Positions 12,361 to 25,929 of a stretch of 64,000 nt of DNA are shown one piece after another. Source of the DNA: Pristiophorus japonicus (Eukaryota); contig NC_091985.1 in the NCBI RefSeq assembly GCF_044704955.1, forward strand, positions 41,230,001 through 41,294,000, read 5' to 3'. The translations under genes were made by a program, and so were the position numbers. The notes under the pieces were generated by a model that saw nothing but the letters and a program-made list of their open reading frames with translations, was not told the DNA's origin and ran no database searches. Numbering within the stretch: the first letter of the stretch is position 1; each line of letters begins with the position of its first letter.

Positions 12361-15179
12361 CTTCCTTTTTGCTGCCCATGCTCCCACTTAGATCCGTGCT
12401 TTTGAGGAAGAATGGTGGAGAGAAATAAGAGAGAAATTAGTCTCGTGTAAAATATAAGTAAGTTGACATTTTGGAGAGAGGGACTGGAGAGTGATGCAGA
12501 TTCGAGACTGCATTCCTATCTGAATATTCTGTGCTGATACTAGAATGAAGAAAAAAAAAGATTTTAATATAGTTCTGAGAACAGTTGCATCAAACTTTTC
12601 CAAGTGATTTCGATCTGCTTCGAAATCTGAATTTCCACTGCCTGTGGGACTGTGTTAAATTTGCTGGATCCCAGGCATGCCAAATATGAATGAGATTAAG
12701 GAGCAGTATCTGCAGCCCTTTCCCACCCACGCAGAAATGATGAGTTGATTCCTAAAGGTGCTGGAGGTAAATTGGTTTTCCATTGTGATGGAATGTTACT
12801 GTAAGCATTGTTTTTAACTGGAGCTGCTAAAGTTGGTCTCCCAATGGGTTACTATCTGAGCAGGAGCACAGTAGTCTCAAACACATTCCACCAGGACCCC
12901 AGATAATAGTTACATCATCAACATATTTTGAGGAATGCCCTTGTTTGAACATAATGTCCAGATGGCTCTGGTTACATTCATGATGATGTGCCATCAAGGA
13001 AACTGCTCCACATATTGAGAAACTCAGCCTCGAGTTCTCTACTTGTTTTGGTGTATAATCATGCCTTGAAGACTGAGATAAAATTTTTTCTGTAAATTAT
13101 CGTATGTACCCCTTTTTTGGAAGTGGTATTTTTAGAAAGTAGCATGAACATGTGATATGCATGCGCTTACGCACAAATTCAGATTAACATACAATCGTGG
13201 AAGTGTTTGGTAAGCCGTGCAGAGTTGGCCATTTCTGTTGCTGTATCATCACATGTGAAACGTGGCTCAGATTATCCTGTCAAAGCAGCGGTGAGGCTGA
13301 TGCCGCTCACTGTTATTTATGGGCAAGTGCTATAGCAGCTTAAGGGGAGGGACCGATACGTGGTTAAACTCAAAAATCCAAAGGTTGCTGTCCATGTTGC
13401 GCTACTCCGCCATTAGCTTCGCGAAAACAACATCTTGCTGTCTGCCTCACCATTGAAATGCATTGACTGGCGTGAAGTTGCTGTATTTGTGTGGTAGATA
13501 TGAATTAAACTCACCACTGAAAGTTGCATCTTGTCCATTTTGGTCCTTGTACTCTTAACAATGTGATAAGCATTAATTGCTGCCAATCAACCTCTCTGGC
13601 ACTGAATATTAACTATTGCAAGTGTCGGGGTCTCATTCCATCAGCTTTTAATTGTTGGAGATTTAAAAAATGTAAGATGTATTTTTTTTTACTTTGCCTT
13701 TATCTCTTTTTCTCTCTCAATCCAATCTTTTTTCCCCACTCTTTTTATTTCTCTTTCTGTACCAGATTTGTCATTGAATTGACCCACTCTAATTTACAAA
13801 TCCTACTCTGTCCTTGCACTGTTAATTTTACAATCCTTCAATGATTACTTGAGATACACAATTGCTTGCCCTGTTCAATTGGATCCCAGATGTCCTGTTT
13901 CCCTCCCTTTATCAGCTCGCACTTTTAGCAAATTGTCACCCAAAAAATTAAAAAACCTAACTGTGCAAGGGCAAGCTCTCTGGCTCAAAGTATTTTCAAG
14001 GTGATTTGTGTTGTTTTAGATAGTCAATGAACTTTAATGAGCATGAAGTCAGAGGCTCTTTGGTTGACGTGTTAAGCTCTCCTGATGGCTCTGTTATAAA
14101 TGCATCTTTCTGGTGTACCGGTTTGATCCCTATTCTATGCTGAGTCAGCTGGGATGATGAGGGTATTACTGTTGATCTAATGAGGGGATAAAATCAGCTA
14201 GCCTTTCTGCTTCTGACCACTAATTACCAACCACTGCATGAAAGTACATCTGTAGACATGATCAGACATGGTTGCTCTGCTCCTGTAATTGAATAGTGTG
14301 CCAGCACTTGCTGGTTAAGATTGTCCATGATAAGTGGCCACTTAGGTAAGACAGCAGAAGTTGTCTGGCATTCGTGGAACACCATCTATCTCTCTGAGTT
14401 GGTACCTTTATGATGCATGAAAGGAGAGAAAATTGAGGGTTGTGGGGCCAGGGAAAGAATTGGCCGATCCACTTAATCACCTACTGCTGAATTGATATCT
14501 GCACTTTCTAAATTAATCAGCCTTGTTCTCAAAAGCCTCCATTAATTTGCCTTGCTGCAGAGTGAGTTTGGTTTATGGATGTTTCAGCGCTTGAACATCT
14601 GTAATGCATTATTTTACTAAAAAGTTTGTTGATTTATCTAATCAAAAATAAATTACGCATGTTTGTTTACTGATGAATATTGGTGTTCAATGATTAAACA
14701 GATTGTACTGGCATTTGAATTACTCATTTATTTTGATTTCCGGTAGAAATTAAGATTATCCTGTGGGGAATAATCTTGGCATGAATGAGCTCAGCAATAT
14801 GGAGAGCCATGAAGTGAAATTGAGATTGTGTGAAGTGCCTTTTGGAGTACAGCTGCATGCTCGAAGTGGGGAAAAACAAACATTTTTTAAAAGAACAGAA
14901 TGGGGGATAAATGCGTCTTGGGCAGTACAAAGTGAGCGATAGCGAATCCGCACACTTTTTGCACTCCAGCCAATCTTTTATTCCATTAAAGTCAATGGAG
15001 TCAATCGGGTGGAATGTAAAATGGGTTTCCGATTTCCTATCGCCTAATTTTCACTACCGCCCCACCCCCCATGACCCATTTATACGCCATTGGCTGCATT
15101 TGTATTTTATCATTGAAAAAATGTCAGGGAAGTGTTCCTTTTATAAATGACCTCGTATTTTGTAATCGAGTTATACTTG

Positions 15180-16456
15180 ACATGGATTTGTGAAAGGGAA
15201 ATCATGCTTGACAAATCTTCTGGAATTTTTTGAGGATGTTTCCAGTAGAGTGGACAAGGGGGAACCAGTTGATGTGGTGTATTTGGACTTTCAGAAGGCT
15301 TTTGACAAGGTCCCACACAAGAGATTAATATGCAAAGTTAAAGCACATGGGATTGGGGGTAGTGTGCTGACGTGGATTGAGAACTGGTTGGCAGACAGGA
15401 AGCAAAGAGTAGGAGTAAATGGATACTTTTCAGAATGGCAGGCAGTGACTAGTGGGGTACCGCAAGGTTCTGTGCTGGGGCCCCAGCTGTTTACACTGTA
15501 CATTAATGATTTAGACAAGGGGATTAAATGTAGTAACTTCAAATTTGCGGATGACACTAAGTTGGGTGGCTGTGTGAGCTGCGAGGAAGATGCTATGAGG
15601 CTGCAGAGTGACTTGGATAGGTTAGGTGAGTGGGCAAATGCATGGCAGATGAAGTATAATGTGGATAAATGTGAGGTTACCTACTTTGGCGGTAAAAACA
15701 GAGAAAGACTATTATTTGAATGGTGACAGATTAGGAAAAGGGGAGGTGCAAAGAGACCTGGGTGTCATGGTACATCAGCCATTGAAGGTTGGCATGCAGG
15801 TGCAGCAGGCGGTTAAGAAGGCAAATGGCATAGCGAGGGGATTTGAGTACAGGGGCAGGGATGTGTTACTACAGTTGTACAATGCCTTGGTGAGGCCACA
15901 CCTGGGGTATTGTGTACAGTTTTGATCTCCTAACTTGAGGAAGGACATTCTTGCTATTGAGGGAGTGCAACGAAGGTTCACCAGACTGATTCCCGGGATG
16001 GCGGGACTGACATATCAAGAAAGACTGGATCAACTGGGCTTGTATTCACTGGAGTTCAGAAGAATGAGAGGGGATCTCATAGAAACATTTAAAATTTTGA
16101 CTGGTTTTGATAGGTTAGATGCAGGAAGAATGTTCCCAATGTTGGGGAAGTCCAGAACCAAGAGTCACAGTCTTAAGGATAAGGGGTAAGCCATTTAGGA
16201 CCGAGATGAGGAGAAACTTCTTCACCCAGAGACTGGTGAACCTGTGGAATTCTCTACCACAGAAAGTTGTTGAGGCCAATTCACTAAATATATTCAAAAA
16301 GGAGTTAGATGTAGTCCTTACTACTCGGGGGATCAAGGGGTATGGCGAGAAAGCAGGAATGGGGTACTGAAGTTGCATGTTCAGCCATGAACTCATTGAA
16401 TGGCGGTGCAGACTCGAAGGGCCGAATGGCCTATTCCTGCACCTATTTTCTATGTT
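15180..16456 (+). mobile_element. CR1 LINE, 5'-truncated
   Basis: KGKSCLTNLLEFFEDV..GVPQGSVLGP..FADDTKLGG; 3' UTR ending tttctatg. Confidence 0.93.
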
Positions 16457-16816
16457 GACCTTTCAGCTCATAATTACACTTACAGTAACTATGGATGTCC
16501 CTTCCATTTAACAAGGTAATGGTTCTTATTTATAATGGTTAATATATATATATATATATATATATACTCAATTTTGTATCAGTAGCATCATTATTATTTT
16601 TTTATTCCAAAATACACTTTTATTTATATATAATATTTATGCTACTGATACAGAATTGAGTACATCTCTGAATTTATACTGAATGGAATTCATTATACTG
16701 GTTCATACTGAAAAAAAATCAAACTTTTTTGTGACTAAGGGATTAAGCCAATATCTTAGTATTGAAGAAGTCGAACTTTGTTCCAGCATTCTTGCCACCT
16801 CACCATCTCCCCCGGC

Positions 16817-17032
16817 CCCCATTGTGGATACCTGTGGGCTGTAATAACACAACCCTATTGTGGAATCCTGTGGGCTGTAATAACACAACCCCATTGTGGA
16901 TACCTGTGGGCTGTAATAACACAACCCCATTGTGGATACCTGTGGGCTGTAATAACACAACCCCATTGTGGATACCTGTGGGCTGTAATAACACAACCCC
17001 ATTGTGGATACCTGTGGGCTGTAATAACACAA
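16817..17032. repeat. Minisatellite, 6 x 36 bp
   Basis: Unit ccccattgtggatacctgtgggctgtaataacacaa; five identical copies and one variant (second copy). Confidence 0.97.
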
Positions 17033-18189
17033 TTGATGCCAAGCTTTCCTTTTTGTTTCCTATCCCTATCTTGGACTACTTGGTGACAAAAATGCAGTCA
17101 GCTTCTCCCCAGTGATTCTGAGAGATAATCAGCTGCGTGACGTGGCAGTGAATTGGAGAGGAAGGTTTGATCCTTGCTGTGTGCTTGGTTACCCATCTCC
17201 ACAGCAATTGATGCACTTCAGTTGGCTCCAAGCTATGAAGGGAAGAATCAGCCAGAGTTCGTGACCCTGGCTATTACCCTGCTGGGAATATACGTGTCGG
17301 TTAAGGGCATCACCAGAGCCAATTCTGATGCAGTCTATGGTCTAATAGTTTATGCGAATGTTAGTGGACCTCTTTTTTTTTTTTATATATTTTTGTTTTA
17401 AAAAGACAAATTTTGATTATACTCTAAGTTTGAATTCTCAAAAGTGGAATGCTTTCACATATTTGGTGTCATCTTCTGTGATCTGAGATATCAAATGTGG
17501 CTGTTAGTGAAAACCTCAAGTGAAATACAGCAGCACGTTGTGCACCTGACTCTTGTCATGAAATGGCACAATAGTAGAAGGTTATTCTAAATACTGACGA
17601 GCCCTCTGAAATCAGTTACAAAAGTGCCAAAGCTACAAATGAGAATTACTAATTTGTTTTTCTTTGTTCAGGTGCTATTAAGACACCTGTCGGGAACTGT
17701 GATTTGCTTTTATCAGATTACTTTGTCTAACCACAAAGCTAGTCATTTGTTTGTTTTGCACTCAAATAACCAGGAAATACTCTCTCTTTGGTTCTTGATT
17801 TTGTACTGTTTTGAAATGGTAATACATACGCCGCCATTAATATTGAATGTTTTACATTGTGCACTGGCTTCACGTGATTTCCCTTGCTGCACTCTGAAAT
17901 AACATGCTGTACTCAAGTCATGAAAGTGTTCCTGATCATTTGTTGTGGTTAGGGCCTTTCCTTAAAATGATGCTGCATGATTTGTGGTTTCTACAAAAAC
18001 TGAGAAGAAAAATGTCTAAAATAGCAAGTAGTAGATTTTTTTCCCACCACAGAAGGGATTGGGGAAATAGTTACTTTACATGTGCTTTACAAGTATAGTG
18101 TGTTAAGGCAAGTTTTTATTCTAAAACAGGAACCTGAGACTTCAGGCAGTTAAGAGGCTAATGAATTAGTCTTGATGATCCATTTTTTG

Positions 18190-19460
18190 ATAGTGGATAC
18201 AGAGAGAGTGTTTTTGAGGAAGAGCATAACTAGAGTCCATCGATATAAGATAGTCACCAAGAAATCCAATAGGGAATTCAGAAGAAACTTCTTTACCCAA
18301 AAAGTGGAGAGACTGTGGAACTCGCTACCACGGGAGTGGTTGAAGCAAATCGTATAGATGCATTTAAGAGGAGACTGGATAAGCATATGAGGGCAAAGGG
18401 AATTGAGAGTTATGCTGATAGATTTAGATGAGGAAAGACGAGAGAGGATGCTCGAGTGGAGCCTAAACAACGGAGTGGTTTGGCCGAATGGCCTGTTTCT
18501 GTAGCGTATATCCTATGTAATTCCCGGAGACTGTAAATAATAAAGATCAGCCTAGCTTTTGAAACAGGAATAGCAGCTGAGGCAAAATGGCCCCTGGTGA
18601 AACTTGGTGAAAAATTCAGGATTAAAAGGAGGACAGTGATGGACTTCAAGAGGACATAGACAGACTGGTGGAAAGGGTGGGCATGTGGCAGATGAAATTT
18701 AATGCAGAAAAGCACAAAGTGAAACATTTTGATAGGAAGAATGAGGAGAGACAATATAAACTAAAGGGTACAATTCTAAAGTGGATGCATGAACAGAGAA
18801 TGGGGTATATGTGCACAAATCATTGAAAGTGGTAGGGGAGGTTGAGAAAGTGGAATCCTGGGCTTCATAAATAGAGGCATAAGAGTACAAAAGCAAGGAA
18901 CTTATGATGAACCTTTATAAAACAGTGGTTCGGCCTCAACTGGAGTATTGCGTCCAATACTGGGCATCGCACTTTAGGAAGGATGTGAAGGCCTTTGAGA
19001 GGGTGCAGAAAAGATTTACAAGAATGGTTCCAGGGATGAGGGACTTCAGTTATGTGGATAGACTGGAGAAACTAGGGTTGGTCTCCTTGGAGCAGAGAAG
19101 GTTGATGGGAGATTCGATAGAGGTGTTCAAAATCATGAGGGGTCTGGACAGAGTAGATAGAGAGAAACTGTTCCCATTAGCGGAAGAGTTGAGACCCAGA
19201 GGGGACAGATTTAAGGTAATTGGCAGAAGAACCAAAAGCGACATGAGAAAAAACCTTTTTATGCAACGAGTGGTTAGGATCTGGAATTTACTGCCTGAAA
19301 GTGTGGTGGAGGCAGATTCAATTGCGGCTTTCAAAAGGGAATTGGATAAGTACCTGTAGGAAAAAAATTGCAGTGCTACGGGGATAGGTCGGGGGAGAGC
19401 CGACATGGGCTTGACGGGCCAACTGCCGCCCTCCTTTGCTGTAACCATTCTATGATTCTA
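18190..19460 (+). mobile_element. Two older CR1 3' fragments
   Basis: RRNFFTQKVERLWNSLP; LYKTVVRPQLEYCVQYW..RVVRIWNLLP. Confidence 0.85.
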
Positions 19461-21853
19461 GAGTTTGTCAAGCAAGACAAACCCACAGAAGTGGGGTAAC
19501 TTAACAAATTCATTATTTTCGTGTTCTCATATGGAAATAAGCTGCATCAATTGAACAAAATGAATTTGATCCTTACTCTTACTGTGGAATAAATCAGCGG
19601 AATGATTCGCACCATGTCTCACCTCTAGTATTAGCTCTGTCCATCTTCAGAAAGATGGGAAAAATTGGATGTGCAAAAGACATGATGCTTGAAAAGGAAT
19701 AATCCAGAGCTAAGGGGTGAGACTAATTGGGTAGTTCTTTCAAATAACCAGCACAGGCATGATGGGCTGATGAATGTCTGCTTTCTATGCTGTATGATCC
19801 TATGATTTCCTGTTTGGGTCACAAGGGGGGAAATCATTGTTGCACCCCTGTGTCCTGCTATCATAATATTAGGTATATGACAGTGAGAGTCAACTCCAAT
19901 GAAAGTAAGATACTCAGACAATTTACGGAAGTGACTGGCTACCAAACCAGAGAAGCTATCTACAGCAGATCTGAATTTGTAACGGTCAACAGGTAAGCAC
20001 AAACTAGACTGAAAGTGAAGTGTGCAATCTCTATCAATTGAGGTTTCATCACTGGTTGGTCAAAACACAAGACTGAAGTTTTCAACAGAGGATGACCTCC
20101 TGTATCTGCTAGGCTTGCATTGGTTATGATGTACCTAAATGTCAAGTAAATGCTTGAAGTGATTGGAGATCTTGATTCAACGGAGAGGCTGTGGATATAC
20201 CAAAATGAGAATATTATGTAAGCTTTGTGGAACTTAGCCTTGCTTTTTGTTTCCCTTTGGCATGATCATTCTGATCAGTGAAGTAGACATTAGTTTTTCT
20301 CTTGCATGAGTTTACTCTTCTGACCGTAAGTTCCCATACTAGGTGTACACTTTAGGCTTTCACAGTGTATCGAATGCTGCAGTTTTAGCAGCTTGACCAG
20401 CACTTCCTGATACCAATAGGGCAGATTGTCCATCAGGGCAGGAACTGTTTTATCTTGAATTGACAAACAGGATGCAGAATTTTAAGTCTCTCATCCAACG
20501 TAGGGGTAGGCTAGATAACAGTCGGGATAATCTTTTTGCCATCTGATGAGCAGATTAAGCTTTTTGCTGCAGCAGTGTGGGAGTTGTATCTGAGGAGTGT
20601 TGTGCTTGGCTATGTATAAGCATACTATAGTATTTTCTCCCTTTCTGAGAAGTTGTTGAAAAGCTGAGGAGTCTGGCTTGGTTTCATGTTATAAATTGTT
20701 TTCGTGCAAATTACACAACGTTGTTTTATTTTTTGTAGAATTGGGTGAAGAGGCCATGAGGGGTGGATTAGCTTGGATTTAGAAGCAGGAGTTTATTCTT
20801 GTGAAATATACTCCAATTATTTTGAGGAGGTAACCAAGAGTTCAGTTATGTCACCGATCACGCTGACCATATAACTCAAGGGCACAACTTTGAGAGATCC
20901 ATTGGGGGAGGGGAGGCAGGGGGAGACAAACTTGTATCACTTTGGGTTGATCAAGAGTAAAACACCAACGGTATTGAGAGAAGTTTGAAAACATTCATGG
21001 AGCTTGTTGCATTTTGTGGGTATTTCATATACTTAAGTTTTCTTAAATGTTTTGAGTGTTTACTTCTGCCCATGTTCTCCATTCTTTCTTGAAGTTACCA
21101 GCTGAGAGCAGAATTGTACATGTGAATGAGTAGAGTTCTCTCCTGGGTATGGGAGTCTGATTCACAGCCAGGCATATAAACAAGCGACTGACAGTTGTGA
21201 ATTAATGCTGAAAGTATTGATTTGACCAGAGCCATAATTGGCCGGTGTAACTGACTTGAATTTTCAATAGGCATTTGATAAGGTTTAGTATGCCGCTTTA
21301 AATTGGATTAAGGGTCATAAAATTAATAGAAAATTACCTAGTCTAAAAATCCAGTAGAAAGTAGAAGATTGCCATAAATCGATGAGGGTATGTCTGGGAA
21401 CACTAACCGATGGAGTTTTGCATGACTCTCTCCTGAATTCCTAGCTTTTTAGACTTTCTGTTTAAAGGAAAAATATAATTAATATAATCAATAATAACGA
21501 TGACACCAAGCTATGTGGCCTGGTGACTATTGTAGAGGAAGTTGGAAAAATTAAGAATTACGAGCTAAAGAATGATGGAAGAATTTTATGGAATGAGGAA
21601 TGATGGAAGTTTAACTTGGTTAGATGCAATTCACATTAGAACAGGCAACATGGAGATATGTGTACCAAGTGAATGGGTGACCACTGGAAAAGGTGGCAAA
21701 GTTGGAATAGGAAAATGGCTTGGATGCATTTATTGATCATTCACAGCATATACAATCCTGGCTGTATCGAGAGGGCATTTAATGATGTGGAACAGGGTGA
21801 TTAGGGTGTCATTTCTTGGTAAGCCGACATTCAGAATATATCCATTTTGAAAC

Positions 21854-22127
21854 TGTAATGTATGCACCTGTGAGTATGCTCACAGGTTTGTAGAGCTGTT
21901 GCATTGTGAGTGGCTTAGCCAGTCACGTGATGTTCACAAGATTCAATGAAACCCCAGTCAGTTGGGTCTAGGTCATCTCCGATGAGGCATGCAGTTGTGA
22001 GCCTAGTGGATGAACTGGTAATCTGTAGTGTGATTGTTAAAACTTTGTTGATAAACTAACTAGTTCTTAATAGCAATGTGTTGCTATGAATTCTTAAGCA
22101 AAGAACCCATGAAGCAAATACATTACA
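21854..22127. mobile_element. Solo LTR (probably Gypsy)
   Basis: 274 bp bounded by perfect 10-bp inverted termini TGTAATGTAT...ATACATTACA; TSD not convincing. Confidence 0.65.
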
Positions 22128-24583
22128 GTATGCATCTCTAAGATGACATAAGTTTGAATACCAAAATGTAAAAAAAGGATAATGTGGATATAAGCAGTGC
22201 ATTACATTAAACTGTAACCTTCAAACTAGAGGATGGGAACAAGACCAGGAGTAATCCACTCTCGCGTGCGCTCTCCTTCCCACCACCAACCCCCCCCCCC
22301 CCGCCTAACCACAGCCTTTCGAATAAATATGCAGAATAGGTTGCATCAGGACCAGTGAATTGTATATTAATTGATTCATTTGAAAGAAGCTAGGTGAATA
22401 TTTAATAAGGAAGGAATGAAGAGACATGGATGATTCAATTCATCGTGATTTTACTCATTTGGAGCAGATGGTAAATTTGTCATAAGGAATAAAATTGGCC
22501 TGGTAAAGTTTTCATTGTAAAGCTGAGTTGATATGCTGGAGTTTTTACTTGATTACTTTAAGGGTGTTGAGAGAAAGGTCACAAGGAAGTTAAGAGTTTT
22601 ATCTTGGGATATTTACCTCTAGTTACTTGCTTTTCTTGGGATGAGTCCCTGGTCTTGTTTTAAGGAGCAGTAATGATGGCCTGTTGGACTTTTTCTCTTG
22701 TCGTCATGCTGTCCTTACATGCTAAGCTGATCGGGATGAGATCAAAAGGAATGCAACAAAATTTGTCAACAAAATTTGAAAGTGGGTTAAGAGTGAGTGT
22801 AAGACGTGTTTTATACTGCCTTGGTCCATCGTCCCATGTTATTACTTGGAATAGTTTTATTTTGAAACCTATGATGCATATTTGGTGGCGTGGCTTAGCC
22901 TGATCTAGTTCTGTTTTTACCATTTATGTTAACCCCAGGTCTTTAAGTAGTATTGCTGGAGCAATTTTATTCACTTTTTATTTCTTGCCTTACACAATTA
23001 CAAAGAATACACGAATAGCTCTGTGCGATTATATTTTTTAAAGATCGAACCCATTAAATGAACTTCAATGTAATAGACTGGCTGCCAAGGTGACTAATTC
23101 TCAGCTAATATTTGTATAAATTTGCAGGAATGTTGAAGTTTGTGACATTATTTGCAGATTTTTTTTCGTAAAAGTAAAGTATCTCATCAAGATGGAATCT
23201 ACCTTTCTGTCTTGGTAAATGTCCAGTGGAATGACGAAAGTCGGTTCAGCCTTTTTTAATTATTTGACAAAATGGGTGTATCAAAGGAATGCCATTATTG
23301 CAATTAAGGAAAACCTTTGCTCCTTGCAAGCCTTTGTAAGAACATTCATAAAAATCTCAAGCTTTGGACTACTTGTCAATACTCTCATACGTTAGGTGGC
23401 TAATATTTCACTCGTTAGTGCTTGATGGCTGTCGCAGATGTCTCAGCTCTGAGGAAACTTGACCTAAATCATGTCATTAAAACAAATTTGATGAAAGACT
23501 TTATTTAGTGTGGTAAAATAAATGAATCACTAGAGCCTGTCAGTTAATAAAGCATGTCACCTTGCTTTGTAAAGATCAGTCTACCAGTGGAATAAATTTA
23601 AAGGTAGTTAATGCAGCAGTCTGTTTATTTTATCAAGGAGAAATGCCTGTAGTTCTAGAACTTGTTTTACACTGAGGAAGCTTGTGTTCTGAGCTTAAAA
23701 ACGATATAGCATCGATTAACCAGTGTCTAATTTCATTATAAAGCCAATGGAGCCTTTTGACTAATGTAATCGCTGAAGAAAGCTTTATATATTCCAGCAT
23801 TAAAGTTCTTTCACCGATAAAATTGCTGGGACTTCTGTTTGAAAGCCAAAGCCTTCAAACAGTAACAGAATTTACCATCTGTGAAAAGCAAAAACAGAAC
23901 TTGTGATGGCTAGTGAGCTGTTCCTGCAGGATAGCCCCACAGGATTGCACAGTTTCACGAGTTAAAGTACACGTTTCCCTGAAAATGTGCATGTGGTTAA
24001 AACACTTTTTAAAAAAAAAAAAAGTCCAATACTATTTTGAATTTAAAAATAGAGCTTTAAAAATAAAAGATCCCTGCGATATAAAGCCATACGCGAACTT
24101 CATTCAGATAAGCCCGTGTGGCTGATCTGGTAACTGGTGCAGCATGGATGCTCTTTGGAAGCTGGGACTGAGTAGAGGGAGCTTTTCTCTCAAACTAACA
24201 GTGCTAACTCAGCAGAGAGAGTTTGATGTTGACACGAGATGAAAATATTAAATTTTCCAGCACTGTTGTCCTTCAACTTGAAAACAAAAAAAGGAACTGT
24301 GTGCATCATTACATAACTCCCTGTGCCATTGCCACCCCCTGCTGTGATATTGCATGGCAGTTTGTACCATTCTGATGTTACGCAGAGCAACAAAATACTA
24401 TTTAATCAGATCGTTCTTCTCTAGATCTAGAATGCCTAATAGGAGCTATAAAAATTGCTTTGAAATTGGATCAATGTTGCGCAGTGCATTATACTCGATT
24501 CTGAAATTTGTAAATAGGCAGATTCCTACATTCTTCAAGGGTCTGTGGCTGACCAAACTATAAAACAAATAGTCTTCTAGGCT

Positions 24584-24720
24584 AGGGTTCTGATGAAAGG
24601 TCATCAACCTGAAACGTTGACTCTGTTTCTCTCTCTACAGATGCTGCCTGACCTGATCAGTGTTTCCAGCATTTTCTGTTTTTATTTCAGATTCCAGCAT
24701 CCACAGTATTTTGTTTATGT
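24584..24720 (+). mobile_element. Penelope-like short element carrying a minimal hammerhead ribozyme motif
   Basis: agggtt-CTGATGA-a-aggt(catca)acct-GAAACGTT-gactct, followed by a repeat body also present inverted at 34387-34512. Confidence 0.75.
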
Positions 24721-25770
24721 CTTTTTGGCTATTTCCTCACCGTAACTGAAGTCAACTAGGAGCAGGAGCTTTTTGTCAAACAGGATCTTTAGCCTTCTTT
24801 CCCAAGCTAGAAGCTCCTCGTGGCTATGCTGCATCTATGCAATACTTAAAAAAAAATCTGTGTTTAATCCCCTCTTAAGCTGCCTTTGCGCCAATGGGAA
24901 TACTCCCTCTTAAATATCGTTTCCCATTCCTGGCATCATACTGGTGAATCTACCCTGTATGGTGTCTCTGGTTTTAATGTCCTTTCCATAATGCAGTACA
25001 TGATATTCTAACTGTGGCTAACCACTGCCTTTGATCACTGCTACTTTGTTGTTTGACTTTTTTTTATAGAAACCCCAAAATACTATTGACTTTTTTAATG
25101 GCTTTATCTTCCTGCAGTTGCACTTTCAGGGAATTATGGATTTAAGAACTTTAATCATCCACACACTTCAGTCAAAACCCATTCCTCAGTTTTCCCTTCA
25201 ATGTATTCTCTCTCTTTGCTAATTTATGCACCATCCTGTCATATAAAGTGGGATGAGACTGGCTAAATGCAATTCACATAGGACCCTTGCAGTCAATGAA
25301 GTAAATATCCCCATCAGTCTGGGCTCGATTGGAGCTTGGGTTCCAAAGTTGAAAGGTCCATTTGTCAGCCAACGGTACTACCCAGTTCCTGTGCTCTTTT
25401 GTTAATGATTTACAGCAGAGAAAAGGATGGAGGACCAATCTTATTTTGATCATTTATAGGAAAGTAGCTGGTAGTAAAACATCAATGTTGCATTCAGAAC
25501 TCTGCTGAGCTTGTTTCATACATTTAGTGTAATATTTGATGTCTGGAAAAGTTTTTGAGTTCTCATTCCTTTATGAATTTTAATCTTCACTGGACCATCA
25601 GAAGATGGAAAGTATTCCCAGTCCTAATTGTGCTAGTGTATTGTTAAGTAGGCTCAATGGAAAACAACAAACAGATTGCTTTTTAAATAAAAAAAAAAAT
25701 CTTCAATTACTTAAAAATTACGTTCTTTTTATATTTAAAAAGAATCGAATGGGATGATGTGCATTTATGA

Positions 25771-25929
<159 letters not shown>

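Noticed and set aside
16817-17032. CRISPR-like 36-bp repeats and repetitive ORFs
   Set aside because: Units are head-to-tail with no spacers, there are no cas genes and the context is eukaryotic; this is a minisatellite.
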